From the NCBI GenBank assembly GCA_024679065.1, contig JAGIQG010000032.1:12276001-12340000 (forward strand): DNA of 64,000 nucleotides. Direction: 5' to 3'. A program made the position numbers and the translations under genes. Below are positions 12,801 through 27,800 of this stretch, one piece after another. This DNA is from Sphyrna mokarran (lineage: Eukaryota). The notes below the pieces were generated by a model. That model saw only the letters and a program-made list of their open reading frames with translations. It did not search any database and was not told the origin of the DNA. Position 1 is the stretch's first letter. Every line of letters starts with the position of its first letter.

Positions 12801-15800
12801 TATGATTTAATTACTACTGAGTGAGACCTGAGGCCAGTTTCAAAATCAGTAGCTCTTTAAATATATTCCTTTTGACGAAGTCTTATATGGAACGCTTTTA
12901 ATTAAACTAAAAAGCATAAGGAATCCAGGACAGTGTGAGTCGGTTTCAAACAAAAGGAACCAATATAATTTCAGATGTATAGAAGGAATGAGAGATGATG
13001 ATCCATTTCAGGCCCTCTGTCCTGATATAGCACAGCCTTGTGCATACCCCCCAAGGCATAACGTCCTAGCAGGAATTACTGAGTTGGATTCTACAGGTAC
13101 TTGAGCCTCTGTTGCATGTAATATACCTTGATGATCTGGCTATCAAAGGTAAACATTACACTATCAGATATACTGACGTCACTGAAATGGAGAAAGCATT
13201 GCAACAAGAGAAATTTGAATTTATATAGCACCATTGACGTAGTAAAATGTTCCAAAGTGCTTCACAGATGTGCGATCAATCAAAGTTGATACTGAGCTTA
13301 AGAAAATATTTAAGCAGGTGACCCAAGGCTTGATCAAAAAGCTAGATTTGAAGGAGTAGATAGAAGAAGAGGGACTGAGGGAGAGAATTCCAGAACTTGT
13401 CACAATCCACTCTTGTCTCTGTTTAAACATCTGAAGTGTTGCTATTAGCTCCGTGCTGCTCAAGGGCTGGGGATCAGAGTGGCTCCAGGAGCTGCTGATA
13501 GCTTGGTGCAGCTGAGGGCTGGAGCTTCTGGAGGCCTGGAAGCAGTGGTGTTTAAATAAACATTAATCCCCCTGAGTGAAAGAATAAACTTTTTTTTGAA
13601 CTGCTTTATTTTAATACTTTATTTGTTTTAATATCAAAATTAGAAGTCAGCAACATTACATTTTGATTGCAATTAACATTTATTATGATATTGTTACAGT
13701 GAGGGATGCTAAGATAATGTTGCCTAATGTACAACTGAGAAAGGTGTGGGGTGAAGCTGTGAATTACGTCTGTGGATTGAAGGAGGACTACAGCAGACTT
13801 TTCCAGGGACAAAGAGCTGCCATGTAAGTCAATATTGGAGTGGAGACTAAAGATGATAGACTAGGAAATCAGCTAATACAAGACAGAAGACTCATTTAAT
13901 TTTATATTCACCTCATCATTTGTTCGTTTGGAACCATGGGCAACTCTTTATAATTTTTGCACTGTTCAGTTATTTTCCCTTTGTACACAAATTATCTATT
14001 GATGACAATCTATTTCTTCCAAAACCCATTTGGCTTGTATCAGCTTTCCCAATCTTTAAAGCCTCTTTGAAAAACCACCTTGAATCATCTTCCTTAACTC
14101 TTACAATTCTTGCCTCAGTTCCAAATTTTCTCCCTATTCCCGCCTGTTAGACTCACTGATCTTATTAAGAAAAGCTATACCCACCTGTACCAAAGACATG
14201 TGAATGAGGGAAAGAGGGCAACATCTGTGTTTTCTGCCACCTTCCTTCGTAGAGGACTGGCTTCAAGGCCTGGGCTTTCAGAGATTGCCACGTGGAATCT
14301 GGAGCAGAAATTGAAAAACATCTGTCCAAATGATCTGTGTGGCTGTGCTCAGGTTCCATTAGTGAAATTTTAAAAATTTAAATGAGAAATTTCTGTACAG
14401 GCAGCTCGCTGGCCATCTGTTGGTCAAACTGCAACAGGCCTTGAGAAGGCAGAGGCCCAGACCTGCAGGAAATGCCCCCTCATCAAGGTGGAGCTTGAAA
14501 ACCTAGGCTAATATCTCCATTTTATTTTCGAAACAAAGCTTTTTTCCTTCCATTTTTCATCTCTGCTAACTATTACGATTTCATGCGCAATAAGAGCACT
14601 TTTCTAATGGAGCACATTTCATGAAGCTGTCCAGAACTTGACCAACAAAAAAAGAGCTAGTATTGATTTTGCATATACTGTGGCCTTAGGACCACTCAAA
14701 GCACTTTACAATTAATGAAGTGCTGTCAGTGTCATAATGCAAGAAAATGTGATGCTTAAATTTAGATTTGCATTTCTGAGTTCCAGTGTTTGGGCAATCT
14801 TAATTTCCTTTATGTATTTTTAATTTGGATTATAAAATTCTGTTATTTTATCCCCAGGCACCCAGAATGGGACAGAAGTGGGGCATTTCTTTTTATGGGG
14901 TGTGGGCTTCACTGTCTCGTCTAGCATCTATCACCTATCCCTAATTGTTCTTGAGAAGGTAGTGATAAGTTGCCTTCCTGAACCACTGGAGACCATGTGG
15001 TGTAGTGTAGGTGCACCCATAGTGCTGCTAGAAAGGGAATTCCATGATTTTGACCCAATAATAGTGAAGGAGTGGCAATATAATTTCAAGTCAGGCAGGA
15101 GGGGAATACACAAGTGGCAGTGTTCCTCTGCAAATACTGCCTTTGTAGTTTGAAATGGTTGCGATCATGGGTTTAGAATGTGCTGTTGAAGGAGCTTTGG
15201 TGAATTATGACAGTGCTTGTTGCAGATGGCATACACTCCAACCACTGGTGATAGAGGGAGTGAATGTGTTGATACTTTGCCCTTGCATCTAGGCAGGTGG
15301 CATCCTGACTTGTGTCTTGTAAATGGTAGACAAGCTTTTGGGAGTAAGCAGTTGAGTTATTTGCCACACAATTCCCAGCCTCTGACCTACAGTTACAATA
15401 CTTATTGAACTAGTCTAGTTCAGTTTCTGTTCAACGGCACCCTCAGGGTGTTGACAGAAATTCAGCATGAGTAATGCCATTGAATGTCATGGGAAGATGA
15501 TTAGAAAAGGTGGAAAAGGTGATTACCTATGTAGCATGAATGTTACTTACCACTTATCTGCCCAAAGGTGGCACATTGGTTAGTACTGCTGCCTCACATC
15601 TTCAGGGACTTGGGTTCAATTCCAGCCTTGGATGACTGTGTGGAGTTTGCACGTTCTCCTCATGTCTGCATGGGTTTTTCTGGTGCGCTGGTTTCCTCCT
15701 ACAGTCCAAAGATGTGCAATTTAGGTTGATTGACCATGTTAAATTGCCACTCAGTGACCCAGTATGAGTGATTTAGGGGAATTAGTGGGGTAAATACATA

Positions 15801-18800
15801 GGCTTAAGTAGATTTACATTTACATTGCAATGAAGTAACTGTGAAATCCCCCAGTCACCACGTTCTGGTGCCTGCTCGGGTACACTGAGGGGAAAATTTG
15901 CAGGGAGATGTCCTGGATGGGATGCTGTGCTGGAGAGTTGGTGCTGACTCAGTGGGCCTAATGGCTTCCTTCTGCACTGTAAGGATTCTATGAATGTTGT
16001 CTAGATCTTGCTGTGTATAGATATGGACTGCTGAGGAATTGTGAATGATGCTGATCATTATGCAATCGTAAGTGAACAGCCACACTTCTTACCTTATGAT
16101 AGAAGGAAAGGTCATTGATCAAACAGCTGAAGATGGTTGGACCTTGGGTATTCCTCTGAGGAATTCCTGCAGTGATGTTCTGTGACTGAGATGATTGACC
16201 TTAAACCACCATGATTATCTTTCTTTTGCCCAGTATAACTCTGCCCTGTGGAAAGTTTTGTCCCTGCTTCTCATTGACTCCAGCTTCGTTTGGGAAACCT
16301 TGATGCCACTCTTGGTCAAATGCTGTCTTGATGTCAAGGGAACTCAGTCTCACCTCTTGAATTCAGCTCTTCTGTTCATGTTTGGACCTCCTGTAATGAG
16401 GTCAGGAGCTGATTGGTGCTAGTGGAACTCAAACTGAGTGTCAATGAGCAGGCAATTGCTGAGTAATCGATACTTGTAAATGTCAATGATCCCTCCCTTT
16501 GATCATTGAGAGACAGATCTATAGTATCTCATGATATGTCTAAAACTTAAATAGTTCATAAAAAAATTATATGTAAAATGTAGCGTGAGGTTAATAGGGC
16601 ATCTGAGATCTTAGTGAACAATGGAACCATTAGTCTTTCTCCGTAACTGATGAGATTAATGGATTAAGAAATAAGAATTAGTGAATGAAGCTAAATAAAG
16701 TATAGAAGGAGCAGGGAAGTGATAAACAAAGGAAAATGAGAAAAACTCAAAAATGCTAAATTTTACATTTTTTTTTAAATCTAGTACAATTTGCAACCTG
16801 AAAGAATGACTCATTTATTTGAATGAAAAATTTGATTAACAGCCATTAACAATTACCATATGATTTGATTAACTAATAGACCTGACTTTCTGTGATGAGA
16901 TTAATATGTAATTAATGTGAAAATACAACAGCTTTATGAACGAGGTTAAGAGTGAGATTATTGCAAAGGGAAATCATCCAGCAACTTAGAATCATGGAAT
17001 CCCTACAGTGCAGAAAGAGGCTGTTCGCCACATCAAGACTGTATTGATTCTCTGACAGTATGTCTTCTCCAGGCCTTATCCTCATAACCCTGCATGTTGC
17101 CGTGCTGATCCATCTAACCTACACATCTTCAGACACTAAGGGACAATTTAACTTGGCATGTCTTTAGACTGCAGTAGGAAGCCAGAGCATCCAGAGAAAA
17201 CCCGTGTAGAGACAGGGAGAATGTGCAAACTCCACATAGTCACCCAAGGCTGGAATTGAACCTGGGTGTCTGGCACTGGGACATAGCAGTGAGTTGCCAC
17301 TTTACCAGCCCTTGTTTGTGATTTGGAATTCATGAGCTGCCTCTTCCTCATCACAATTGTGATAACACAATTGTTATCAATTGTGCATTTATAACAGGAT
17401 GCATCATTCCGATTATCTTTTCAGCACAATCTTGTTCTCTGAGCTCAACATGCATTTTACAGAACTAGCCACTGGATGGCACACAAGAGCAATCTGGAAG
17501 TGACTTTCATTTCAACTAAATGATTTTCCCATGTTCCATTGCCTCTTTTTTAGTGTCTGGCCTCATGCAGTGGCTTTAATTGATGGTCTTTCTGGGGGTG
17601 TCATTCCTCAAAATTAATTTACAGCAAAACTATATGGAATACTTTAGGAATTGGTGGTCAAATGTGTTGTTGACATTTTCACAAGAGTTTTGTAACAAAT
17701 AGAGCTTTTAAAAGTAACATGATTGTTTAATTAGAAATGCCTTTCCAAAAAATCAGTTGTTTCTTTAAATACTATATTCCTGAAGGCAACGTTTTGGTCA
17801 GTGTGAAGAGCAGTAACATGTGTTGAGGCTACTTAGAAGAAGTGAGCTGAAATGCACTGCATCAGTGAACTGCTTCAATTAGTCTGAGAGGCTTAAAATT
17901 GAGCAAAAATTCACCACTAAATATTTGTATTGCATGTGTCATTTTGGAACTGTGAAGATATAAACCTCTTTTTATACTTAATTTTTTGTTTTTTGCCTTC
18001 TCCCATGGAGTGTGTTTAACTTTCCGACCAAGTTCGTGTATGTTTGAAGTGCAACAGAACAGGTAGTTCACCTGTTACTGAGGTGACAGGAGGGAGAAAA
18101 TTATAATAGATTTTTTTTTAAATTGTCTTAATTATTTGTCTACTTCTTCCTACCCCTTTCACGACTTGTGCTACATTGTTTCCAGTCACCCAGTATAAAA
18201 GAGCGTTATCAATATATGCAACATTCCAACTTCCCTGCAAAATCCAGGATTGATATTTTTTGACAGGGTTTAGTTTCAGTTTCTATTCATGTGTGTTTGA
18301 GCCAAGTAGCTTTGGTCTGAGATGGGAAACATCTTTTGGCTGAAAATAGCTTAACACTCATAATATTTGGACGTGACTGTCGGACAGGGAGAATACATTA
18401 ATACTGCTAGTTTAGTCATGGTGTAAATGGGACCCAAATGTTCTGTTTGGAAAGTGTATTTTTAACTATTCAGGAGTAGTTTTTCTTTTTTTTTCCCTTT
18501 CTGTACAATTAATGATTTTCATTCCTGTGCATTTGGCACAAATGTAGGCTGCATTTTTAAGCTACGTTGGCTTGCAAGAATATTTGGTTTCATAAGTGGA
18601 TTTTATTAATTGTTTTGCAATATTATTTTCACATTTCTGGTCATTTCAATGGATGGAATTTTATCCATTTTTTTTTCTTCTCGAGGGCCGAATTAAGCAA
18701 GCAAAGTAGTGTACAGAACACTGGCTACACAGCCAGCTTTTCTCTGCTCGTTGTCCAGAGCCTAAATGAAAAAGAAACCTGGAGGTGCGTCCCAGATGAG

Positions 18801-21800
18801 CACTTGAAGAGCCAACAGCATTGACTTTCAAAAATGTAAAAGTAAAATGAAAAATTCCTTCCCATGGACACAGAGACAATCCCCAAGCACCACGGGAACC
18901 CCACCCATGGAGCCACCTACCTGGTACTGCCTCGGCATGTCCCTCTTCTCCTGGGGCTGTACTTATCTACAGGCCCCTACTGTGATTTCTTCGCCTAGTT
19001 CCCATCACCCAGACCTGTTACAAACCTCACCACCAGGGAGAAATTCCAATCTGGAAGAACAGTATTGTGGGGAAGCCTGCTAATTACGTGGTAATGTATA
19101 GAACATAGAACATTACAGCACAGAACAGGCCCTTCAGCCTTCGATGTTGCGCCGACCAATATAAAAAGCAATGCCCCTCAAAACTAAACCATTCCCTTCT
19201 CTTCCATATACTTATCAACTAACCTCTTAAACGCCACCAAACTTGGCGCATCTACAACTGCTGCAGGCAGGGCATTCCACTCCCGAACCTGCCTCTGATA
19301 TCCGTCCTATAACTATCACCCCTTAATTTAAAGCTGTGTCCCCTCGTGCTAGCTTTTTCCATCCTAGGAAAAAGGCTATCACTGTCCACCCTCATATTTA
19401 AATGAGTTTCCTCCCTTCCTGTGCGGGAACCCTATTATGGCAGGGGTGATCGTGTTGTGAGAGCCTATGGACTTGAATCTCACTTTTGAACTCGTGGGAT
19501 TTTGTGCCCAATTTGCCATTTCCCCAGGTGCAAAATCCCAGCCTACTTGTTTTTAGTTGCCTGTGTTTGAAAATTATTATACAGAAGTTATATAACTGGC
19601 TTACTTCACCATCATTTTAAGGGATATTTTCTGGTATTACAGTGAAGAGACAGATCTTCAATGGCATATTCTTTATTTCACTTGTATATACATATCCAAA
19701 TATTCCATAGGCCCTCAGTGTGATTATGAATTGTAATTTATTCCCAGGCTGAGTCTCCTTCGTTACAACAATAACCTTACAAAAATGAAGACAACAATGT
19801 TTTCTAATTCCCAGCAGTTAAAGGCCAAGTTGGACTTTTTTCAGTCAAGCATTGGGCTTGATCTGGTAAAATATCGTGAACAAATGGCATGTGGAATATG
19901 TAAGTTTCAACTTTTAATTTGTTTAAAATGTATAGTAAGTACATTAAATCATAATGGCACCTTCAACAATTACATTGATTTTAAGTGATCAGGTAACCTT
20001 CATTTTCATGGCGTTCCCTAATAAATCCTGTTGACCACAGTTAATAACATGAATGACCTGGCTATTCATTGTTTAATAGGTGGAAGTGTAGGTGAGAGCA
20101 GGAATTTCTTGAATTTATACTGTACAGCCAATAACCACTTGTCTGTTCATGTGCTATTTTATCGTGAGCATAGCAACTGGAAGTAGTATGACAGGAGAAT
20201 CCTCATGTGTCATTGATCCCGAGAGACCAAATGGCTGTAAAAAGAAATAACATCACAAGAACAAAATTACTTGCTGAAGCAAATAATTTACCTGATATGT
20301 TATCAGGATCATGTAAATAACTACAACTTAAATTGTTAGAGGAGAATTCAATGTCTTCTTCCCATTTATCTTGTTCATGAGCCCCATAAGCTGTTCCTTT
20401 GGCCCTATTTCCATTAAACTGCTGACATCCAATTTTCCTTCCTGCGTCTACACATGTTGATAGTATAAATGGTTCCTCTCCAATGTTTCAAGACTGCCAT
20501 CCTTCATCACCCTCCTCAAAAAAAAGGTAGCCAATTTAAATCGTTCTGGCCTTGCAAACTGTGGTCTCATCCCCAGCTTACCTTTTCCTTACCAGATTCC
20601 TTTAGTGTAGTTACCTCCCATAGCTATTTTCACATAGCTTCATATTGAATCTCTCATCAAGAATCTTTCTCTGCCATTTAAGCTACAGCCCAAATAGTAA
20701 CCACAAATAACAAGTGTGGTGACTACGACTGTTGTGCAGCCTTTGATCATCCTTCCCCAAGTGCCTTTCCTCTGTTGGTCAGAGGCTGAGGTGTGCATGA
20801 TTTATCCAGTTTTAGCTTGACCGTCATCAACAATGATATTTTTTCCTGCCTCCACACGTCGATCCAACAGGATTTCTCCTTGGCCTTTTTTTATTCTTCA
20901 TCCAGCTGGCAATGAAAATTAGAACACTAAAGGAAAGATAATACAAGGCAAAGGAGATGATGATGGAATAAAAAAGATAAGATGGATTTGGAGGAGATGC
21001 AAATAAATAGTGGAATTATTACCAACAGCTGCTTTCTGAAAAAATTGAGCAGATGTTATAATCTGACATAGATGTGTCCAAAAGTCTATAACACCATCAG
21101 TTGGAGTAAGAAGGTGCCATGCACAAGCTTCATGTAGCAGACTGCAGACAGAGAGATCAGAGTGGGAGTGGGACTTGTGGAATAAATGGAGGTGATCTAC
21201 AAAGTGCTCAGCCAATCTGCATTATTCGTCCTGACATCAATGAGATCACGTCATGAGCAGCGAATTCTGTCTCCTAAATTGAAAAATCTACAAGTTGTCT
21301 TCACCAGTTTTCTCGCCCCAAGATTGGAAATCCCGCCTAAGATCAATGGACCTTAGTATGGTCCTGTCGCTCCAACTCCAAATGTTCATAATCACAGCTT
21401 TTAATTCAGGCATAGACCAGCAATTAAATTTTTAAAAAAGCCAATATCATATAGGAAGATCATTCTCCTTCTGTTAGAGAAGGGAATTTTTAATAAGATG
21501 TCTAATGATCAACCCTCCCTAACTAAGGGTTAATATATAAATAAAGCGGGATAAGATAATTCTGCCCTTGGTCCTTTTTTGGGAAAATTCCACCCAGTAT
21601 GTTTAGTGTAGTTCTTGTTTTCGGAATGTTTGGATGAAAACTGATTTTGAAATTTGAGTAAAGTAAGCTGTTTATTAAGATCCTTGTGAATTTAAATTGG
21701 CAATGAAAATACATTTTTATTCTTAGCTTCTGAGAAGATGTTGAAAGCGTGGAAGGAAATGGAGGAGAAGGCAGAAGCTTGTAAACAGGTGAGTAAATCA

Positions 21801-24800
21801 TAAACTTTGCTAGTGCTTACAATTGTTGAACTGGAAGGAATCATTCTCATAATGCTTCAAAATCTATTGAGTGATAAGTAACAAATTAAGAATACATTGC
21901 AGCCTACAACACTCTGAGATGACTTAGCAGTACGAAGTGGAATATTATCTCCACTAAATGAATGACCTGTTTGAATTAATGGATATTTCTGGTGACCTTT
22001 TACACTACTGTGAAATGTGTTTTGGGATGATCAGCTTTTTATTGGATCTGTCACAAGGAAAGCTCAAAATGCAGTGTTTTATTTGTACGGTGTTTGCGCA
22101 GGAGATCATGACAGTAATGCTGTTTACAGCAGTGCACCTGGGATAAGGGTGTGGAAAGTTTATGACTCAGCTTTGTGCCAACTAAATAAAAACATTCCGA
22201 AGATACTTAGGTTCTCAACAGACATTCAGTCCAATTTGTCTAACATTTTCCTCTGACTTCGCCTTGTTACTTGTTTACGGGCTCCTGCTGTGATCTCTTT
22301 GCCTAGTTCGCATCACCAGACCTGTTACAAACCTCAACAGGGAGAAATCCCAATTTTGGGGTGAACTTAATTTGTGAAAATGAAATGTCAGTATCTTTCT
22401 GATTTTTCCCTTGACTTAGTGTCATAAAATAATACAGTTGTTTGTAGATGAGGAAAACTAAAGTGCCACTTGGTAGAATGTATGCTTTTTAAAAAATACT
22501 TATTGACACATATGATCCCGTTTTGGAGCTGGTACAGTGACATGAATAAATGTCTTTTCTGACCAGCCACTAGTACAAGAACAGCATTTAAATGTAATGT
22601 TTTTTCTCTATTGAAGAATATATTAGCAGCTGTTTGAAATAAAGGTGGATTTTAAAATTTACCCTCCAGAGAGTTAATTTCAATGTTTGAGCTATAGCAG
22701 GAAGTAAAATGCAAGCAAATATATGTGTGTATGAGGCAACAGGCCAGTTTCTAATGCCTGTAGATGTGAGATGAATCCTGAAAAAAGTTTTTTTTAAAAT
22801 TAAGTATTTGGATGTGCCATTTCACACACTTGACATCCTCATTGTTGTATTCTAAGAACATACTAACTTATCCATACCACATCAAAGGTAGTAAAGGATA
22901 AAATACGAGGGACGAGGCTGATAAGTTGTTGAAAGCAGTGTTGTTCAGCAGTAGAGGTTTAGAGCATGGAAATAGGCCCTGTGTCCCAACTTGTCCATGC
23001 CGCCCTTTTTTTTAAAAAACCCCTAAGCTAATCCCAATTGCCAGCTTTTGGCCCACATCCCTCCATGTCCATCATACCCATGTAACTATTTAAATGCTTT
23101 TTAAAAGACAAAATTGTATCTAAATCTATACTTCTTCTGGCAGCTTCTTCCAGGCACTCACCACTCTGTGTGGAAAAAATTGCCTTATGGACACTTTTGT
23201 ATCTTTCCCCTCCCACTTTAAACCTATGCCCTCTAGTTTTAGACTCCCCTACCTTTGGGAAAAGGTATTGACTACCTAGCTGATCTGTGCCTCTCAATGT
23301 TTTTGTAGACAACTGTAAGATCACTGCTCACTTTCCTATGCTCCAGAGGAAAAAGTCCCAGTCTATCTAGCCTGTCCTTATAACTCAAACCATCAAGTCT
23401 GTTAGCATCTTAGTAAATCTTTTCTGCACTCTTTCTAGTTTAATAATATCCTTTTTATACTAGGGTGACCAGAACAGTATTCCATGTGTGGCCTTACCAA
23501 CGTCTGGTGCAACTTCAACAAGACGTTCCAACTCCTGTATTCAGTGTTCTGATCAATGAAACCAAGCATACCAAATGCCTTCTTCACCACTCTGTCCACC
23601 TGTGACTTCACTTTCAAGGACCTGTGAACCTGTACCCCTAGATATTTGTTCTGTAACTCTCCCCAGGCCCTACCAAATGTATCACCTCGCATTTGTCTAA
23701 ATTAAACTCCATCTGCCCAATTGATCAAAATCCCATTGCAATTGGAGATAACTTTCTTCATTGTTCACTATGCCACCAATTTTGGTGTCATCTGCACGCG
23801 CACGCACGCACACACACACACACACACACACATACACACACACACACACCTGCACCTTTGTGTCTCTTTGCATCAGTTTTGGGGGGAAAGGGCATTTGAT
23901 TCCTTTGCAGTTGAATTCACACAGTTGATTCTTGCATCTACTTAGCAATATCGTGTCCATCCAACAGTAAGGATACTTCAGTTGCAAGAAATAAAAGAAC
24001 TAAGTTCATAAAGTGAATCCATGAAAATAGTTTTTAATAAAGTAACTTCATTACACCAAAACTCAGACCATGCCCTGAGCCACACTAGCTCCCACATCTA
24101 TCTGCTTTTTATTTATTCTGGGTCAGCTAGTCACCTGACCACTGTCATTTCGCCATTAGTTACATTGTCTACTGGCCAGCCGACCCTCACAGCATGTTAC
24201 CATTGGTTACATTATAGCAGATTCCAATGTTATCATTGGTTATATTTTAACAATATGCAATGTGTTCATTGCATTTTAATTGGCCAACCCAAATGGAAAG
24301 GGATGAAATGAAATGTATGTTGGTTAATAGGTAGATGAATTTTAAAATCTTTGCCAATTGCTGCACTTAGTTTAAAAGCAAATAACTGCGCTTGTTGGAA
24401 ATCTCAGCTGGTGTGACAGCATCTGTGAAGAGAGAATAGAACCAAAGCTTTGAGCCTGGATGACCCTTAAGCTGGAGCTAGGAGCTGTAAAGTCATGCAG
24501 ACTTGAAACAATAGCTCTATTCCCTCTCCACAGATGTCACCACAGTGAACATGTTGCTAGCAAAGAATTGAGGCTCATTTTTCTGTCTTACTGGAAGCAA
24601 AATAGTAGAAGTCAAATAGACTTTGATATTTGACCACATTCATTGGAGCTGGCAGAGGAACTTTGATACAGGACAATCTGTGTAAGGAGGTCCGAGTTGG
24701 AGAGTGAAATCTGTCCAGTTTAAAAATTGCTGTAATACCAACGCAGCACCACTGTGCTATTGCAATGCCCAAAATCTAAGTGCCATTCTTCTTAGGAAAA

Positions 24801-27800
24801 TAGTGCAAGACAATGGGAAGAAATTAGACCGTTAATGTCTATTTAGATAATGATGTGGAGATGCAGCGTTGGACTGGAGTAGGCACAGTAAGAAGTCTCA
24901 CAATACGGTGATGAGTCATTTGGTGAAGGGGCAGCACTCCGAAAGCTTGTGGCTTGTGCTATCAAATAATCCTTTTGGTATTGTGAGACTTTTTAACTGT
25001 ATTTCAATAATGATAGGGAGGAAGAAGTGCAACCCAATTACTGTCCATCACATATTCCATATGTATGTTTAAGCAACTGAATAAACTAATTATTCCATAT
25101 GTAACGGCCTTTTTGGGATAATTTACTTCAAGGATAACAACAATAATGAAATCTACAGCTCATTTCATTTTCAGAATTTTTTTTGGACATTTTAGGCTGC
25201 TGAAATTGGTCATTTGGAAGAACAAATCGTGGGACTGCACAGTGAAATAGTGGAACTGCAAAGAAGCCCATATGCGAGGCGGCAGGGAGATGTTATGGAA
25301 AACCTGTGAGGAAAAAAAAATTCCTAATACAATAGATTTCTGCATAATCTAAAGTGGCAACTTGTATCTTCCTAAAATAAACTTGTGGAAATCAGTGGAT
25401 TGCCACAGTGTCTGGTCAAAAGTGCCAACTTCATACTTGCGGCCGTCTTAATTCAACGAACATGAACGCATTAACTGCCTAAAGTCTAACTCCATTTTGT
25501 TCATTTCTTTTAAGTTTAAAGTTTATTTATTAGTGTCACAAGTAAGCTTACACTGACACTGCAATGAAGTTACTGTGAAAATCCCATAGTCACCATCCTC
25601 TTATACCTCTTCAGGTACAATGAGGGAAAATTTAGCATGGCCAATTGCTCTTCTCCATTCAAAAGTGATAAATAATAGAAGACACAGTAAAATGATATTA
25701 CACACAGTGTCAAATATGTTAGTTTTCACTGCCACGGCAATTGTGAAAATATTTATATGTGCTTTAATTGTCACCTGTATAAAAGCCAAGTAGCTGCGGA
25801 GGTGACAGTAGATACAGATTTATAAAGCATTTTGTCTGTTCTCGATCATCCTTTCAGAAAATGCCTATAGTTTTCCTGTTAGGGAACTCAAGTATTTTTA
25901 AACAATCCCAGGAGTTATGCCTCCAACTCTGCCACTTTAAGCTTTTCCATCTTAAGTTTTCTTTGCAAAACCTTGGATACTGAAGCCAATTGTCATTCAC
26001 CTGATAATGATTGAAGTCATATTTTTCCACAAAATATTTAAATAAGCTTTTATGTGCACGAGATATAATTAAAAGAGGTGTTTCTGTTTCAAGTTCCACT
26101 CCCTTGGTAGGGCGTATGTCGATTCCTAGAAAAAAACAGTAAACTCCATTTTCAACATCATGTAAATCTGAAGTCAAATGTAATATAAACCACTAAATCT
26201 AATTCTATCACTTAGAATCATAGAGTCCTACGTGCAGAAAGAGGCCATTCGGTCCATCAAGTCTGCACCAACAATTATCCCACCCAGGCACTTTTTCATA
26301 GCCCCATATATTTACCCTAGCCAGTTCCCCTGACACGAAGGGGCAATTTATCACGGCCAATCCACCTAATCCACACATCTTTGGACTTGGTGTGTTTTTG
26401 ACTTTGTCAAAAGATGTAATTTCATTGAATAACATAGAATCCGTTTTTGAGTAGGAAAAAGAAGTCCCAATTCTGGTTAAGACAAGCAAATCTATCATTG
26501 AACAGTTGTGTTAATTAGTGTAAAATCTGAAACTGCGAATACGGAAATGGGAAGTACTTTACTCTTGAAGTAGAAGGGTAAATATATTTCTAAACTTAAA
26601 GGAAAATGTATTGTGCTGTTGCACAGAAAGCAATAATTTAGTTCGGAGCTTTCATGAGGACAAATGCTTTAAGACAGTGCTTAGATTGAATAAGACCCAG
26701 AAAAATCTATAAGTATGCTTTCAGCACAACAGTGCAATCATCCACATGTTTAGATTAATTTATGAAAGGAATTATTTATGGCAAGTAATGGTCCTTCAAC
26801 AGACATAACAATTCATTAGATTGATTTACAAGTATGTTGACGTAATAAATCATTTCACTAATCATAATTTTCCTTTCTAGAGAAAAGAAAGCCATCGATT
26901 TATACAAGAAGCTCAAGGGAAAACCTAAAGGTATTGTGCACATTTTTAACCCTGCAGATTTAGCTTAATCGTTGTGAACATATAACAGAATATAAAATAC
27001 ACTTCTCAGATTTCTGATTAGATTTTATCCTAGACAACCCATAAACAATCGATCCTCGTTGACTTTAACCTGGTATAGGGGCCTTCTCAGAAAGAAGAGT
27101 AACCAGTTTTAATGTGTGGTGCTCCAGTTTGTCTGAACTCAGTCTGTCATTGAGGGCACTTGCGTGGAAAAGCGTGGAGATTTGTTGGATCATGTTAAGA
27201 TAGAATAAATGATGAAAATGAGCAGCAAAACTCTCGATGTATGAATGCATTATGGTCATCTTTCTGACTGACATTTGAGCACACACTATCCCATAGCAAC
27301 AATTAGAAGTTGGCAGTTTCACCAAAAACCATTCTTGCCTCTTTTCAACCCAGTTACGATAAAGTTTTGAGTTCTAAAAATGTGACTGATTTCTTGCAGC
27401 CAATCTTTGCATAATGCATTCCAGTAGCCAAGCTGCAAGTGTAAATCCAAGTATTTCTTTTATGCAGTGTAGGTTTCTGCTTCTGTCACCCTTTCGGGCA
27501 GAGTAACAGAAATAAAACAGCATCATTTGTTGTCCAAGTAATTTATTAGATGACTTTCAATTTAATAACTTATTTTTGTGTCTGCATCTTTAGTTATATA
27601 GTTTATAGATGTGGCTCACATCAAGTTCATTCACTGCCACAGAATTCATTGCTTTTGTCTGACTTGAGCAGGAGTTTTAGTATTAAAAACATACATTGCA
27701 ACATCTACTAATGACTGAAATGTCCTGGGTTGGATCCCTCACAAAGCAATCTTAATCCTTGGCACTGCACACATTTGATCCTCATCTAATCATTTAAAGA

